A DNA stretch of 64,000 bases from Octopus sinensis (GCF_006345805.1 NC_043011.1:35600464-35664463), one strand, 5' to 3'. Shown: positions 24,190 to 38,324, counted from the stretch's first letter. The notes: generated from the letters alone by a model not told the origin. A program made the numbers and translations.

Positions 24190-25400
24190 TGTGAGACAGC
24201 TGTTCAATTTAGAGAGGTGGTGTCCTCCGTTTCACCAACAAAGATTTGTCCATATATTTGCATTTGCTAAAAATTTCAGATCTGGAATTCAATAGTGCAG
24301 TGGAATTCTTAGGTTTAGAAAGAATATGCAATCTTTCAGCTATGCATAAGTTGCATTTCTTAGATCCATTTACACATGACATGTATTTTGCTATGAGTAG
24401 CCACTTGATTTTATGTGGTTTACAGTTGGTCTTCAAATTTGATATGTGGCCAGTTAACTTTGTGGCTTTGCTGTTGTTGATGTGCCTTGAAGAAGGTGGT
24501 TTGCATAACACCTTTTGAAATCACCTTTGCATAACCCAATGTGATTTTCCTTTTTGGTTAAGTTATCTTGAAGCATTGCTGTTACTTCTGCCACATATGA
24601 GATGACATTTACCATTCTGTCTAAAAGATTAACTCATAAGGCATTTATTGGTCCTGAGTTATTGTAAAAGACACTCAATATTCTATGCCATGGGACGGAA
24701 CCTGAAATCATGTGGTTGAACTGTTAGCTTCTTAACCACACAGCCATGACTACAATTCTAGTTTGATTCTAACAGAATTAAGTAACCTTGATTAACTTTA
24801 ATTAACTTTAAGTAACCTTAAGGCGGCGAGCTGGCTGAAACGTTAGCACGTCGAACGAAATGCTTAGCAGCATTTCGTCTGCTGTTACGTTCTGAGTTCA
24901 AATGCCGCCGAGGTCAACTTTGTCTTTCATCTTTTCTGGGTCGATAAATTAAGTAACAGTTACGCACTGGGGTCGATGTAATCGACTTAATCCCTCTGTC
25001 TGTCCTTGTTTGTCCCCTCTATGTTTAGCCCCTTGTGGGCAATAAAGAAATAAGAATTAAGTTACCTGAATTTAAGGTTGGTAATATTTGGTGTGTGGTC
25101 CTTCAATATGATATACAGTGTACTGTGAGCTAAGTACACTCCTACTCTCCTGACTTCTATATGCAGCCTCATGATGTCTTCTTTATCTTCTGTCTTGATG
25201 AATGCGATTGTGTGCCTGTTTGAATTTTCATATATTGCATTTATATTTTTGGATAAGAGTCTATTATAGGCATTCACGTCTATTCTGTATAATTTTTTCT
25301 TCTTATCTGATTCAATGCGCACTTGATTCGACAGAATAAAGGATGTTAAAATACTTTTTAACGTCCTTTTGAAGCGGCAGCATATTCTCATAATTCAAGC
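24190..25400 (-). pseudogene. Degenerate PLE RT and endonuclease fragments, interrupted by SINEs
   Basis: 25062-25391: SDKKKKLYRI..YNRLLSKNI..IILKDH (PLE RT N-terminal region); 24209-24511: IKW..KKCNLCIAERLHI..LLNSRSEIFSKC (GIY-YIG C-terminus). Confidence 0.7.
24821..25052 (+). mobile_element. tRNA-derived SINE, family A, tail 1
   Basis: Head ggcggcgagctggc, B box gagttcaaat, central ctttcatc..gggtcgataaattaagta (resembles Meta-type SINE core; unverified), tail atgtttagccccttgtgggcaataaagaaata. Confidence 0.9.
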
Positions 25401-26042
25401 CAAGCCAAGCCAAGTTAATCAGCCTGAATATAGGGATTATAACTGAAATTTTGATCCTTCAGTATGATATAGTGTATAGGAAGCTCTGACCTCTATATCC
25501 AGCCTCATGGAGATTTCCTTAGTTTCTCTCTTAATGTATGTGCTTATATTTTTCATTAGGGTTTATAGTATTATTGTTGCATAACAATCTGTCGTGATAA
25601 TTTACGTCTGCAATGTATAGGCTTTTCATCTTATGTAATGAAATGTGCTCTCATTTCAGCAAAGTTTAGGATGTTAAATTCCTTTTTACCTTATCTTAGA
25701 AGCTCTTGTGGATTCACCAGAATCGTTTTGTTAGAATAAAAGGGTCACTTTTGAATGCTTCTGTGTGTTTAACAGATGATGGGCTTTTACACTTTTGGAA
25801 TTTATCATATATTTTTATCTCATATTTTATCGTCAGATAAAGAAAAAGAAAAAAAACGTTCCTATCATTTATATCGCCTTTTAAAATCTATCTGCTGTTT
25901 CCATTTATTCTTCATCTGTCGTCCACCCAGATCTTTTCATTGCTCCATTGCCTTAATGTAACTTATATCATTCATTCACAGTTTTAATACATATTTTATC
26001 ATCTTATCTTGAATGTGAGAGAATTATGTGTGTATGAAAGTA

Positions 26043-26093
<51 letters not shown>

Positions 26094-26949
26094 GCGTGTG
26101 TGTATGTTGATGCATGCATGTGTGTGTATGTATGTAAAAAGGAAAGAGTTAAAGTGTGTATATGAAGAAGACACCTGGGTGTGCAGTTTCATGTACATCT
26201 ATACAAGTGAATGCAAAAACACATGCATATGTGTGATTATACGCATAGATGTGTGAGTGTATGAGTGTGAGAGCTGTTAGTGAATGTGTGTTCACATGTA
26301 AATATATAAACAGGTACGAGCAGACATGAATATATTCATGCGCAGATACGAATGTATGGACTGCATGGGGGAAAATTGATGCTAATAATGTGACAGCAAA
26401 TATTTTCTCTGCTTGCTTTACTGATTGAGAGTCGCAGCATTCCGTCGGTTACGATGACCAGGGTTCCGTCGGTACAACGACCAGAGTTCCGATCAGTGGA
26501 ATAGGCTGCTCATGAAATTAACGTGCAAGTGGCTGAGCACTCCACAGACACGTGTACCCTTAACGTAGTTCTCGGGAGAGATTCAGCGTGACACAGAGTG
26601 TGACAAGGCTGGCCCTTTGAAATACAGGGTACAACAGAAACAGAAAGAAAGAGTAAGAGAAAGTTGTGGTGAAAGAGTACAGCAAGGTTCACCACCACCA
26701 CCCTGCTGGAACCTCGTGGAGCTTTAGGTGTTTTCGCTCAATAAACACTCACAGTGCCTGGTCTGGGAATTGAAACCGCGATCCTCCGAACACGAGTCCA
26801 CTGCCCTAACCACTGATCAAAAGTAAACGTTTATTTTTACAGCAATTTGTTTCCAGCCATTTTTCTTAACTTCATTCACACTTCTTGTCAACAAAGTGAT
26901 GTAAATATTAATCAACATATTTATTAATTAACTTATAATATTCTACTAT

Positions 26950-26953
26950 AGTT

Positions 26954-26989
<36 letters not shown>

Positions 26990-26993
26990 CATA

Positions 26994-27040
<47 letters not shown>

Positions 27041-27124
27041 CACAAACACCACCACCGCCACCATCATGACCACTGCCACTATTACCACCACCACAACCAC
27101 CACTGTTTTTGCTTCTTCTGCTGT

Positions 27125-27169
<45 letters not shown>

Positions 27170-27455
27170 AACCACCACCACCACCACCACCACAGCCACT
27201 ATTACCACCACCACCAGCACCACCAGCACCAGCACCAGCACCACCTCGACTGCCACTATCACCAGCACAAGCATCACCACTGCCACTATTACTACCACCA
27301 CCACTGTTTTTGCTTCTGTTGCTGTTACTACTACTACTACCACTACTATTACTACCACTACAACTACTACTACTACTACTACTAACACAACCACCACCAC
27401 CACTATAACCACACACTGTTCACTTCTACTACTACTACTACTACTACAGCTGCTG
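26950..27455. repeat. (CTA/CCA)n compound microsatellite with internal duplication
   Basis: The ccactgccactattac..actgtttttgcttc block occurs twice. Confidence 0.9.
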
Positions 27456-27648
27456 CTGCTTTTGCTTCATAGGAAAACTGATTATTTTCTGTGTTTTTGT
27501 TTTTTGTATTCCTGCAAATATTCTCAGAAACAGTTCAAGATGTTACATTGGTAGTTTATTCATTTCAGTCATTGAACTGCAGCTATACTGAAACACTGGC
27601 TCAAACGGTTTAGTTAAGCAATTCAACCAAAGCACATATCTTCTTTAA

Positions 27649-28866
27649 CCCTTTTATATTACCATATTTCTGTTGAGATGCTCTCTGTTTCTTTCAATTG
27701 CTTTAAATATATCAAAGAATTTAGTAAAATAAGTTAGTTATCATTCAGCTAGTGTTAGGAACATAAATTGTGACTAAGGTTTGGTGGGAAGATTTTAATT
27801 CGAAACTTATGAAAACAAGATGTTTGTACTGGGGCTAGAGCTGGTTTCAGCTGGGTTGGTATCAAAAGGGTTAAGAATATCATGGTGACTTTAACCCTTT
27901 TGTTACCATATTTCTGTTGAGATGCTCTGTCTTTCTTTCAATTTTAAATATAACAAAGAATTTAGTAAAATAACTTTTATCATTAAGCTAGAGTTAGGAA
28001 CATAAATTGTGACTAAGGTTTCGTGAAAGATTTTAATTCAAAACTTATGAAAACAAGACATTTGTACTACAGAGCTAGAGGTGATTTAAAAATAAAACCA
28101 TCCGAACGTGACCGTAGCCAGTACCGCAATGACTGGCCTCCGTGCTGAGGGCACGTAACAAACACCATCCGAGCGTGGCCGTCCGCCAGCCTCGTCTAGC
28201 ACCTGTGTCGGTGACACATAAGAAAACACCATCCGAGCGTGGCCGTCTGCCAGCCTCGTCTGGCACCTGTGTCGGTGGCACATAAAAAACACCATCCGAG
28301 CGTGGCCGTCTGCCAGCCTCGTCTGGCACCTGTGTCGGTGGCACATAAAAAAACACCATCCGAGCGTGGCCGTCTGCCAGCCTCGTCTGGCACCTGTGTC
28401 GGTGGCACATAAAAAACACCATCCGAGCGTGGCCGTCTGCCAGCCTCGTCTGGCACCTGTGTCGGTGGCACATAAAATCACCCACTACACTCTCGGAGTG
28501 GTTGGCGTTAGGAAGGGCATCCAGCTGTAGAAACACTGCCACATCTGACTGGCCTGGTGCAGCCTTCGGGCTTCCCAGACCCCAGTTGAACCGTCCAACC
28601 CATGCTAGCATGGAAAGCGGACGTTAAACGATGATGATGATGATGATGATGGTAACTTTAACTCTTTTGTAACTGTATTTATTTTGAGATGCTCTGTGTT
28701 TCTTTTGAATTAATTTTAAATATAACAAAGAATTTATTAAAATAACTTAGTTATCATTCAGCTAGTGTTAGGAACGTAGAAGAATTTAATTCAAATCTTA
28801 TGAAAACAAGACATTTGTATTACAGAGCTAGAGGTGATTTCAGCTGGGTTGGTATTGAAAGATATC
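27649..28866. mobile_element. Three piggyBac-like MITE copies (27649-27870, 27895-28087, 28662-28866) with an RTE 3' end at 28088-28650
   Basis: Copy 1 has TTAA|CCC...GGG|TTAA; copies 2 and 3 are homologous to it. Confidence 0.75.
28161..28473 (+). repeat. Five near-identical 61-63-bp tandem units inside the RTE 3' UTR
   Basis: Unit aaaaaacaccatccgagcgtggccgtctgccagcctcgtctggcacctgtgtcggtggcacat; no unique spacers. Confidence 0.95.
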
Positions 28867-29389
28867 AAAATATTAAAGTCTAGTCCTGGTACTTAACTCT
28901 GCTTGCTTCTTTTGCCAAGGCACCAAGTTCATGATTTCTTGCTATATCTACAATGTGCACCAACATGAAACAATTGCCTTAATGCATGAATCTACGTTGT
29001 TAGTCATGCCTCATGTAGATTCCATCAGCCATACTCTTCCATATTCACTTAGGGCATGCTGGAAGGAAAATATCAATATAGGAATTTTCCTTTTCCAGCA
29101 TTGATTGCTTTCAATGAAGCTAAGGAGCTCAATCTATCCTTCCAACAATCTATTTAACCCGTAGATGGGGGTCTTGACATGCACTACTGTTTTGAGCCAG
29201 AGTGGACCTGAAAGTAACAGTAATTAAGGAGCAATTCCATGTCCACTCACCCAAATGAAAATAAAACCAGGTATCTACATACTATTATTTGTAGCGTTAT
29301 AAGTACTTTGAGAACCATTTTCTGAAAGCTATTATTTCATGTTCTCTAAAACGTTTATAAACTCTGATGACATCACAATTTATATATAT

Positions 29390-29582
29390 ACTCTTTTACT
29401 CTTTTACTTGTTTCAGTCATTTGACTGCGGCCATGCTGGAGCACCGCCTTTAGTCGAGCAAATCGACCCCGGGACTTATTCTTTGTAAGCCCAGTACTTA
29501 TTCTATTGGTTTCTTTTGCCGAACTGCTAAGTGACGGGGACGTAAACACACCAGCATCGGTTGTCAAGCAATGCTAGGGGGA

Positions 29583-29632
<50 letters not shown>

Positions 29633-29802
29633 CATATATACGACAGGCTTCTTTCAGTTTTCCGTCTACCAAATCCACTCACAAGGCATTGGTCGGCCCG
29701 GGGCTATAGCAGAAGACACTTGCCCAAGATGCCACGCAGTGGGACTGAACACGGAACCATGTGGTTGGTTAGCAAGCTACTTACCACACAGCCACTCCTG
29801 CG

Positions 29803-29805
<3 letters not shown>
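29390..29805 (-). mobile_element. tRNA-derived composite SINE, family C (head, internal microsatellite, tail aagtaaaagag)
   Basis: Head ggcgcaggagtggctgtgtggtaag..ggttccgtgttcagtccc; partial copies near 45-215, 5165-5335, 5840-6030, 13730-14045, 41230-41395, 45460-45860, 56020-56390, 58545-58955. Confidence 0.85.
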
Positions 29806-29862
<57 letters not shown>

Positions 29863-29872
29863 TATACACATA

Positions 29873-30736
29873 CAGGGTGTTTCAAAAAATATGATATTTG
29901 AGATGTGAATATCACAGAAACTACATTTTCAAAGCAAATGAAACTCAACAGGCTTAATGATGAGCAACATAAGATTTATTCCTCCAAATTTGAATGAGAA
30001 ATTCTAAGTTACGTGGATGCCATGAACGATTTCACAAATGTTCAACATGTGTACCACCTGAGATACGGCACACGTCAAGTCGGTAGTCCAGCTCCTCCCA
30101 AACATGCTGCAGTATGTCTTGGGTAACAGTCTCCAGTGCGGTAGTGATTCTCTGCTTGAGTTCCTCTAGGTTTGCAGGAAGAGGAGTGATATAGACCAGG
30201 CTCTTCAAATGGCCCCATGTTTGCACTTTTGCTTGTCATCTACCATTATGGCCTGAACGAACAGCATACATTTCTTTAGGATGCGCCAAATGTTGATGGA
30301 GGAATCTGGGTTTCTAGACTTGTTCTTCTTATGGACTTCTCAGGGTTTCGCAAGAGTCTTTGGCGAATCCGCTCAACTGTATCTTCCAATGTTAGTGGTC
30401 ATCCAGATCCTTTTTCCCTGCACAGAAAGCCTTCCTCTTTGAATTTTCTGTTCCATGTCCAAATCTGCATTGCCATTGGTGACTTTTTAGAGAACTCTCA
30501 CGCAAATGCACGTTGCACAATCTTGTTCGACAGTGTTTGAACATACACCAACACACAAAACGCCTCTTCTCTTCCAGTGAATGTCATTTCAATACCTGAA
30601 AAAATAAATATATCAAACATTAAATATAAAATTTTGACATGTTTCTACACATGCTGTTAAAATTTGAAGTCATTTGAACAAGAACTGGCAAAGTTATTAG
30701 ATTACGAAATGATATCAAATTCTTTTAACTGCCCTG
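29873..30736 (-). mobile_element. Internally deleted Tc1/mariner-superfamily transposon (maT/rosa-like transposase remnant, 30587 to 30032)
   Basis: TA|CAGGGTGTTTCAAAA terminus and imperfect partner ..TTAACTGCCCTG; N-term MTFTGREEAFCVL..WTWNRKFKEEG..; C-term WGHLKSLVY..LEELKQRI..RLDVCRISGGTHVEHL; catalytic core deleted. Confidence 0.8.
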
Positions 30737-30739
30737 TGG

Positions 30740-30770
<31 letters not shown>

Positions 30771-31798
30771 TCCACAGGTGGGGTGGTAGAAATATATATA
30801 TATTTATATATATATACACATACATAAACACTTATAAATATATATGGGATCGATACTAGATGTGTTTAAACGAACGTCATGATTAATAATTATTTAATAA
30901 TAATTTATCGCATATTCCATCTTCTGTCTTTCATTTACCATATATATATTATATATATATATATATAATATATATATATATATCAAATAAAATCAAAAAC
31001 AGAACACAAAGGATATCGCGGTACACATGTTTCAAGCTTTATAAACAACCTCTTAGAGAGAAGCTTAAAGACAGAGAATGATGTATGGATCAGGCCAATA
31101 ATAGAAGGTGCCAATCACTGAAGTAAGGTAATCACACAGAAATACCAATGTCTAATTGTGCACTGATGCCACTTGGAATGAATGTGATGTTTACACGCAT
31201 TTTCTATAGGTAGAAAGCATTTTCTGAGACAAAAGTCATCAGCAAAAACATCATGTTCTTGTTGGAGTGTGCAAGAACTTAGGAATTACAACCGTGTTTC
31301 GTGGTCTGCTACCACAACAGCTCCTATATAGGATCCAGTTAGCTCAAGACATCATCAGGAGGAACCACGTCCGGTTTTGGCCCCTACTCCTCTACCGTTT
31401 TGATGTGGCGGGCCCCCCATCCTTTCGGAGGTGTCTTCAGCTCTGGCGTTGGGTGCATGTCTTCTTTCTTCTGTTCCCTGGCCTCTTCGATGTATTGTCA
31501 GCGAGTGTCAGCCGGTGACTGACTGACTTGTCAAATTTTTTCCCTTTAAATACTTGCCACTAGGCTCCAGCAGGTAACCCCAGCAGGAATAGAGGTATAC
31601 AAATATGTGTTGGTCTGGGAAATGACTCATAGAATTTTCCATTAAGAGAAACAAAACGACTACAAGAATCAGATTAACAAAAATTAAATAAATTTTTTGT
31701 GCGTCTAATATTAGAAGCTTACTTAATCACATTCTTCTTCCCTTACAAATAGATAATTATCAATATTTTAATAATCACAAATATATATATATATATAT

Positions 31799-32501
31799 AG
31801 TAATCCCTCGCCATATTGTGGTTCACCTATTGCAATTTATTATTTAGGCTAATGTCGATTCCTCCGTGGTGTTGTTTTGCATTTATGATAAAATAAATAT
31901 ATACAAATGATAAAAATAATTAAAAAAAAATATGAAGTACAGTAGTTTCTACTTCGTGGATTTTCACCTGTTGCAGGGATTTCGGAATGTAACACCAGTG
32001 ATAGTCGAAGGACTACTGTACACAAATATATGTGTAGGTCTGAGAAAAGACTCTTAGAATATTCCACTAAAAAAAGACACTACAAAAATCAGATTTAAAA
32101 AAATTAAACAAATTTATGTGTTTAATATTAGCAGTATACCTAATCGCATTTTTCTTTCTTTAGAAATAAATAATAATAAATATTTTAATTATCACATCTA
32201 TATACAGTAATCCCTTGCCATATTGCCCTTCATCTATCGCAGTTCATCTATCACGGTTCGCCTATCGCAGTTTATAATTTAAGCTTATGTCGATTCTGCA
32301 TTGCTGTTGTTTTGCATTTATAATAAAATAAATATATACAAATTATAAAAAAATTATTAAAAAAATAATAAAAAATAATACAAATTATAAAAATAAAAAA
32401 TAAAAATATACAGCATAATACTGTTTCTACTTCATGGACTTATCAGTCCACCTATCAGTGGACTTTGGAATATAACACCTGTAATAGTTGAAGGATTCCT
32501 G
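31799..32501. mobile_element. Two Tigger/pogo-like MITEs (31799-32018, 32205-32501)
   Basis: TIR CAGTAATCCCT(C/T)G.. / ..GA(A)GGA(C/T)T(A/C)CTG with TA flanks. Confidence 0.65.
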
Positions 32502-35500
32502 TACACTAATATATAGGTCAAGGAAAAGACCCTTAGAATTTTCCATTAAAAAATTAAACATTACAAAAATCAGATTAACAAAAATTAAATAATTTTTTTG
32601 TGTGTTTAACATTAGAAGTATATTCAATCGCATTCTTCTTTCCTTACAAATAGATAATTATCAATATTTTAATAATTACATATTGTGTTGTTGAGACCCC
32701 CTTCGGTCATGAATGATGCTGGGATTGCACCTAGAAAGTTACCTTCTGAGGCACAAGTCCAGGCAAGGTTGTTTATGGAAGACCAGCAGTCGCTCATGCA
32801 TACCGGTCTCCCCTCTCCACGCCACCGATGTTATCCAAGGGAAAGGCAAAGGCTGATACAGTTTGGAACCAGTGACATCGCAGCTCATTTATTAACATGC
32901 AAGAGGCTGAGCACTCCACAGACATGTGTACCCTTAACGTATTTCTTGGGGTGATGCAGCATGACACAGAGCATGACAAGGCTGGCACTTTGAAATACAG
33001 GTACAACAGAAACAGGAAGAAAGAGTGAGGGAAAGTTGTGGTGAATGAGTACAGCAGGGTTCACCACCACCCCCGGCCAGAGCCTCATGGTGCTTTAGGT
33101 GTTTTTGCTCAATAAACACAATGCCCGGTCTGGGAATCAAAATTACAATCCTATGACCGCAAGTCCGCTGCCCTAACCACTGGGCCATTGCACCTCCACA
33201 ATAATCACGTACATATATATCTATATTTATAATTTTTAACACATACTTGTTATCCTCTCCTATGCAGCAATGATTTACATGATTCGTTTTTCTATATACA
33301 TATTTTCTCCGATTTTGTTGCCTTCTCAAAAGCAAACATCCAATCCAGAAATATGTCACCTACCTTCAAATTTGTTGACAATATATTTGTCTCAAAACAC
33401 TGCCAAAGGCAAGACTAAAATTAATGACTTTTTGATTCAGCAGTTATGAATGCTCTCAATTGGGTTGTTACTGAGTTAGAGAGAAGACAGAAACTGACAA
33501 TATCTCCAGGGCCTTTAAAATCAATATGAATTAATAGAAAAAAATGCTCACTTGGCAAAAATATTTGATTACCTAATAAAATGCAGTTTCTTTTTACCAT
33601 TCTCTCTCCCCTGCTCTCCCTCCTTCTCCCTCTCTGTTATGGTTTTGAACACCAAGGCTGATTAAGTATATAGCAGCTATATAGTGGCATTGATTGTAAT
33701 AACAGTGTTATGTCTCTGTTATGTCTCTGCTTTCATGGTGTTATGCAAATAAGATAATTTTTTTTTCTGGATCAAATACCAGATGACCATGTACTTATCC
33801 CATACAGTATGGCTTATTGAAATGTGTGCGTGTGTGTGTATATATATATATACACCCTTGGAAACATCAGCTTCAAATATGAACGCATGGCTTCTATGAT
33901 GGTAGATCCTATACTTTATCTACTTAACCATTGCTAAACAACTAATATAAGATTTAATCCGATTTCTATACATAATCAATACTTACCATACATAATCGAT
34001 AATTCTTTTTCTTTTACCTTTTTACCTCAGTATATTACTGCTACATGTTGACTATCAGAACAATGAAGTGATTGTATTATTTTATTAAATCACATATTCA
34101 TAACTAAATTCTTCTCCTTGAAGTTGCCAAATACCATTTTGGCTCCCAGCTATAATCTCAGTCCACTTTTAATAATGCTCTAATGTAAAATTATGTTGCA
34201 CAACCAAGTGGTGAATTGGCAGAGCTGTTAGAGCATCCAATGAAATGCCTTGTGGTAGTATTTAATTTGACTTCTTTCATTGTAAGTTCAAACCTCACTG
34301 AGATCCACTTTACTTATTATCTTCCCTGAATCAATAAGTAAAACTCCTGTCGGAAGCTGTGGACTGGTAGAATTGTTAGACCATTGGGAAGGGTGAGTTG
34401 GGTTCTCTATTTATGTATCTGTTTATATATGCTATTGTAGAGATGAGTTCTTCTCACAAAATACTATTGGGTACATAGATCACTTCAGTTCATCTAACAA
34501 GAGAATTAAAATCCCATTCACCCAGTCCGTAGTTCCATGCTATCTTTCTCTTTCTTAGACTCTCTCACTCTTTTTAACTACTTTGTCTTACTCACTTCTT
34601 CCTCTTACTACTGCCCCACTGACAACCTCCAACTTACTCCATTACTGAAAACATACATCCATACACATGTGCTTCATCATTTACAACAGCTTTAAAAAAA
34701 AAATTGCTTATCACTCACATGGCTCAAATATATATTTTTGACCAGTATTTTTTTTTGTAGAATAGCATCTAACACCAGAAGGTAAGTGGAGATTCACAAG
34801 GCCTTTTGAATCCTTTCTTTTCTTCTTTTCAAGGGCTCACGCAAATTTATCAAACCTTTAGAAGTTGCTGCAATACAAAGTTGACGTTCGTTCATAGGGA
34901 CATCAAAGTCTTGTTTCAGATACCTTGTTCTCTCCAATAAACTTCGTTAAAAAAACAAAAAAGATCTAACAAAGGCAACTGTGTGTCATTATGACATCCG
35001 AGATATGTCATTTCTGAGTTATGGCTGTGTGGTTAAGAAGCATGTTTCACAACCACGTGGTTCCAGGTTCAATCTTACTTTGGGAAAATGTCTTCAACCA
35101 TGACATCATCTCGATAAAATTCTTGCCACTCGAATTTGGTGGAGTGAAATTGTAAGGGACTATATCACATATACCAGAGGGTAAAAAAAAATACAGTAGG
35201 ATCAGCTAATCATGATTTTATTCAACATATCCCTCTCTCAGATTCACACACTTATTGCAGAGTTCCTTCAGTTTTTCCTAAGCACTGTAAAAGACCTTGG
35301 GAGGTTGGTTGAGCCTCCAGCCAAGCCTTTTAGGATAATCTTAAAGCCAGGAACTTTTCAGAAACTCTCATATATGTTTAAAGAAGACACTTGTGTGTTG
35401 AGGAAGCTGCTATACTCCATTTCTGAATGTAGAACTCAATATCTCATCAGGTGGTTTATACAGTGTTAACTCTATTTTGTCCCTAAAGAAACCTGCTCAC

Positions 35501-35594
35501 CTCAAGTTGCAAACATTTTCATTTGGAACCAAACAGAAATAAATTCGGAGATACATTATCAAGTAAATAATATAACATAGTGATGATGGTGATA

Positions 35595-35633
<39 letters not shown>

Positions 35634-35634
<1 letters not shown>

Positions 35635-35808
35635 GGAGTAAACACATAAATGTGAAACAAGGTGGAAAAAAGGGTACTCAAATACCAGTGGTAGAGTAAT
35701 ATGCTTTATTTAAAGCAGCAAAAACTGTCTAGCAAAAACTGTCCGATGAACGGCAGCGGGAAACTCAGAGTAACAGGTTTTGTTGAATTTTCTGCTGCTT
35801 TAAATAAA

Positions 35809-35809
<1 letters not shown>
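35634..35809. mobile_element. Short PLE insertion with inverted arms and hammerhead motif (35739-35776, +), in (TA)n
   Basis: Left arm is the reverse complement of the full terminus; ctgt-CCGATGA-a-cg/gcag/cg-g-GAAAC-TCAGA-GTA-acag; right arm ends tttaaataaag. Confidence 0.8.
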
Positions 35810-35858
<49 letters not shown>

Positions 35859-36184
35859 ATTATCATTTGAGGGAATAAAATCCAAACTTACAAGGAAAAA
35901 AATTCAATTTAGAAATACTAAATCAAATTTCACACAATATAATATATATATATATATATATCAAAAATTAGAAAAAAAACACCTTCCATATATATATCAG
36001 GTCAGTAAGAATGAAATGTCCTATTTTCTTATGCACCAAGTTTGACAGTCATTAACTCTAATGTTTTATTTTGACAATTCTTTGTTTTGTAACTTTGAAG
36101 AGTTACATCATCCCTTTCCAAAATGCATTAATGGTGTCTTATTATATTGTAAGTTTTCTATCGTAAATCAATTTTTGTGAACCC

Positions 36185-37125
36185 ATAGATAGATAAAAAA
36201 TTCATGTTGTTTATGAATATGAGTTCTATTGTGGAACCAATTCATCCCAGACAGCTCAAAACATCAATGAGGTATTTGATGAAGATGTGGCAGATGAGCG
36301 CACTGTATGTCGATGGTTTGAGAAGTTCCTGTCTAGTAACTTTACTCTTGAAAATCAGCCCCGTGGCAGTCCTGTGACCAAGGTGGATAATGATGAGCTG
36401 GAAACTGTAGTGGAAGCAGATACATCTCAAACTACGCATGAGTTAGCAAGAAGATTTGATGCTTCGATTCAAACTGTATTGGACCATCTTAAACAAATCA
36501 GCAAGGTAAAGAAGTTGGACAAGTGAGTACCACACAAACTGAATGAGCATCAAATGACACATTGTCTTGAAACTTCTTGCTCTTTGCTGTCACAGCATAA
36601 AAGCGAACCATTTTTGCATTTTGATATGTGTGATGAAAAATGGATTCTTTTCAACAATAGTAAGCATTCTGCATGGTGGTTTTATAGAGACAAAGTGCCA
36701 AACACAATCCAAAAAAGAATATTCACCAAAAAAAAATGCTAATAGTGTCTGTTTGGTGGTCCAGCAGTGGTGTCACTCACTACAACTTCATGAGACCTGG
36801 TAAGTTAATTACAGCAGATGTATACATTAACCATTTGGATGAAATGATGAGTGAACTTGCAAATTAAACAATTGAGATTGGTCAACAGAGACAGGCCAAT
36901 TCTCTTGCAAGACAATGCTCGACCACATGTTGCACAAGGAACGCTACTCAAGTTACAGGAACTGAACTTGGAAGTATTCTGTCATCCACCATGTTCACCA
37001 GACCTTGCACCAACCGACTATCATGTTTTCCAGGCATTAGACAACTTTTGCAAGGAAAAAACTTTAAATCTGAAGAAGATGCAAAAACAGCCTTCCATAA
37101 TTTCATCACCTCTTGCTCTCCAGAA
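36185..37125 (+). pseudogene. Mariner (DD34D) transposase pseudogene, 3'-truncated; 5' end of element near 35997
   Basis: TVCRWFEKF, KLDK*VPH, CDEKW, LQDNARPH, SPDLAPTDYH with 34 residues between the second and third Asp; multiple stops and frameshifts. Confidence 0.92.
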
Positions 37126-37218
37126 TTGCGCAAGGTGCTTCAATTTAAACATCTAATTGAACTGAACCTTAATTGTATATATATATGTGTGTGTGTATGC
37201 GTGTGTGTGTGTGTGTGT

Positions 37219-37285
<67 letters not shown>

Positions 37286-37836
37286 TATGCATACCTTTCC
37301 TTCATTGGACACTAAACTCTGCTTGCAAAGACCTATTGAGGCAAGTGAAATTGAAATCGAAATCAAATTCGATGACTGGCATCTGTGCTAGTGGAGTGCT
37401 AAGAGCACCATCTGAGCGTGATCGTTGCCATAGCAGCTGACTGGTTTCCATGCCGGTGGCATGTAAACAGCACCATTCGAGCGTGATTGTTACCAGCGTC
37501 GCCTTACTGGCACTTGTGCTGGTGGTAAGTGAAAAGATACTCGAGCGAGGTCGTTGCCAGTGCTGCTGGACTGGCTCCTGTGCAGGTGGCATTAAAAAAC
37601 GCCATTTGAGCATTGGCGTTGCCAGTACCGCCTGAGTGGCCCTCGTGCAAGTGGCATGTAAAAGCACCCACCACACTCTTGGAGTGGTTGGCGTTAGGAA
37701 GGACATCCAGCTGTAGAAACTCAGCCAGAACAGATTGGAGCCTGGTGCAGCATTCTGGTTAGCCAGTCCTCAGTCAAATCGTCCAACCCATGCCAGCATG
37801 GAAGACAGACGTTAAACGATGATGATGATGATATAT

Positions 37837-37879
<43 letters not shown>

Positions 37880-38180
37880 TAGATAGATGGATAGATATAG
37901 ATAAATAAATATAGATATACATGTATACACCCATGCACACAGTGATGTATATAAATATATACTTGAAATTCTGATGAGTATATACAAATTGGTTTGATCT
38001 TCCTGTAAATGTCATTTTTATCGAATAACAAACTTTCCCTCTACATTAGATGTTTATTCAATACTGCGTATTTGGGATTGGTTTTTTTCTGTTACTACCA
38101 ACAGATTTTCGTCATTTTATGTGTGTGTGTGTGTGTGTGTGAATGTACATACGTATGTACAGAAGCATGCACACACCCAT

Positions 38181-38324
<144 letters not shown>

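Noticed and set aside
26933-27554. Thr-rich mucin-like, Gly/Ser-rich and poly-Val ORFs
   Set aside because: All frames are open because of the CTA/CCA microsatellite; no splice or domain support.
28161-28473. CRISPR-like array
   Set aside because: Units are contiguous with no unique spacers, lie in an RTE 3' UTR, and there are no cas genes; the sequence is eukaryotic.
31285-31370. Minus-strand CTGATGA..GAAAC hammerhead candidate
   Set aside because: Stem II needs bulges and stem I does not pair; at best a decayed motif.
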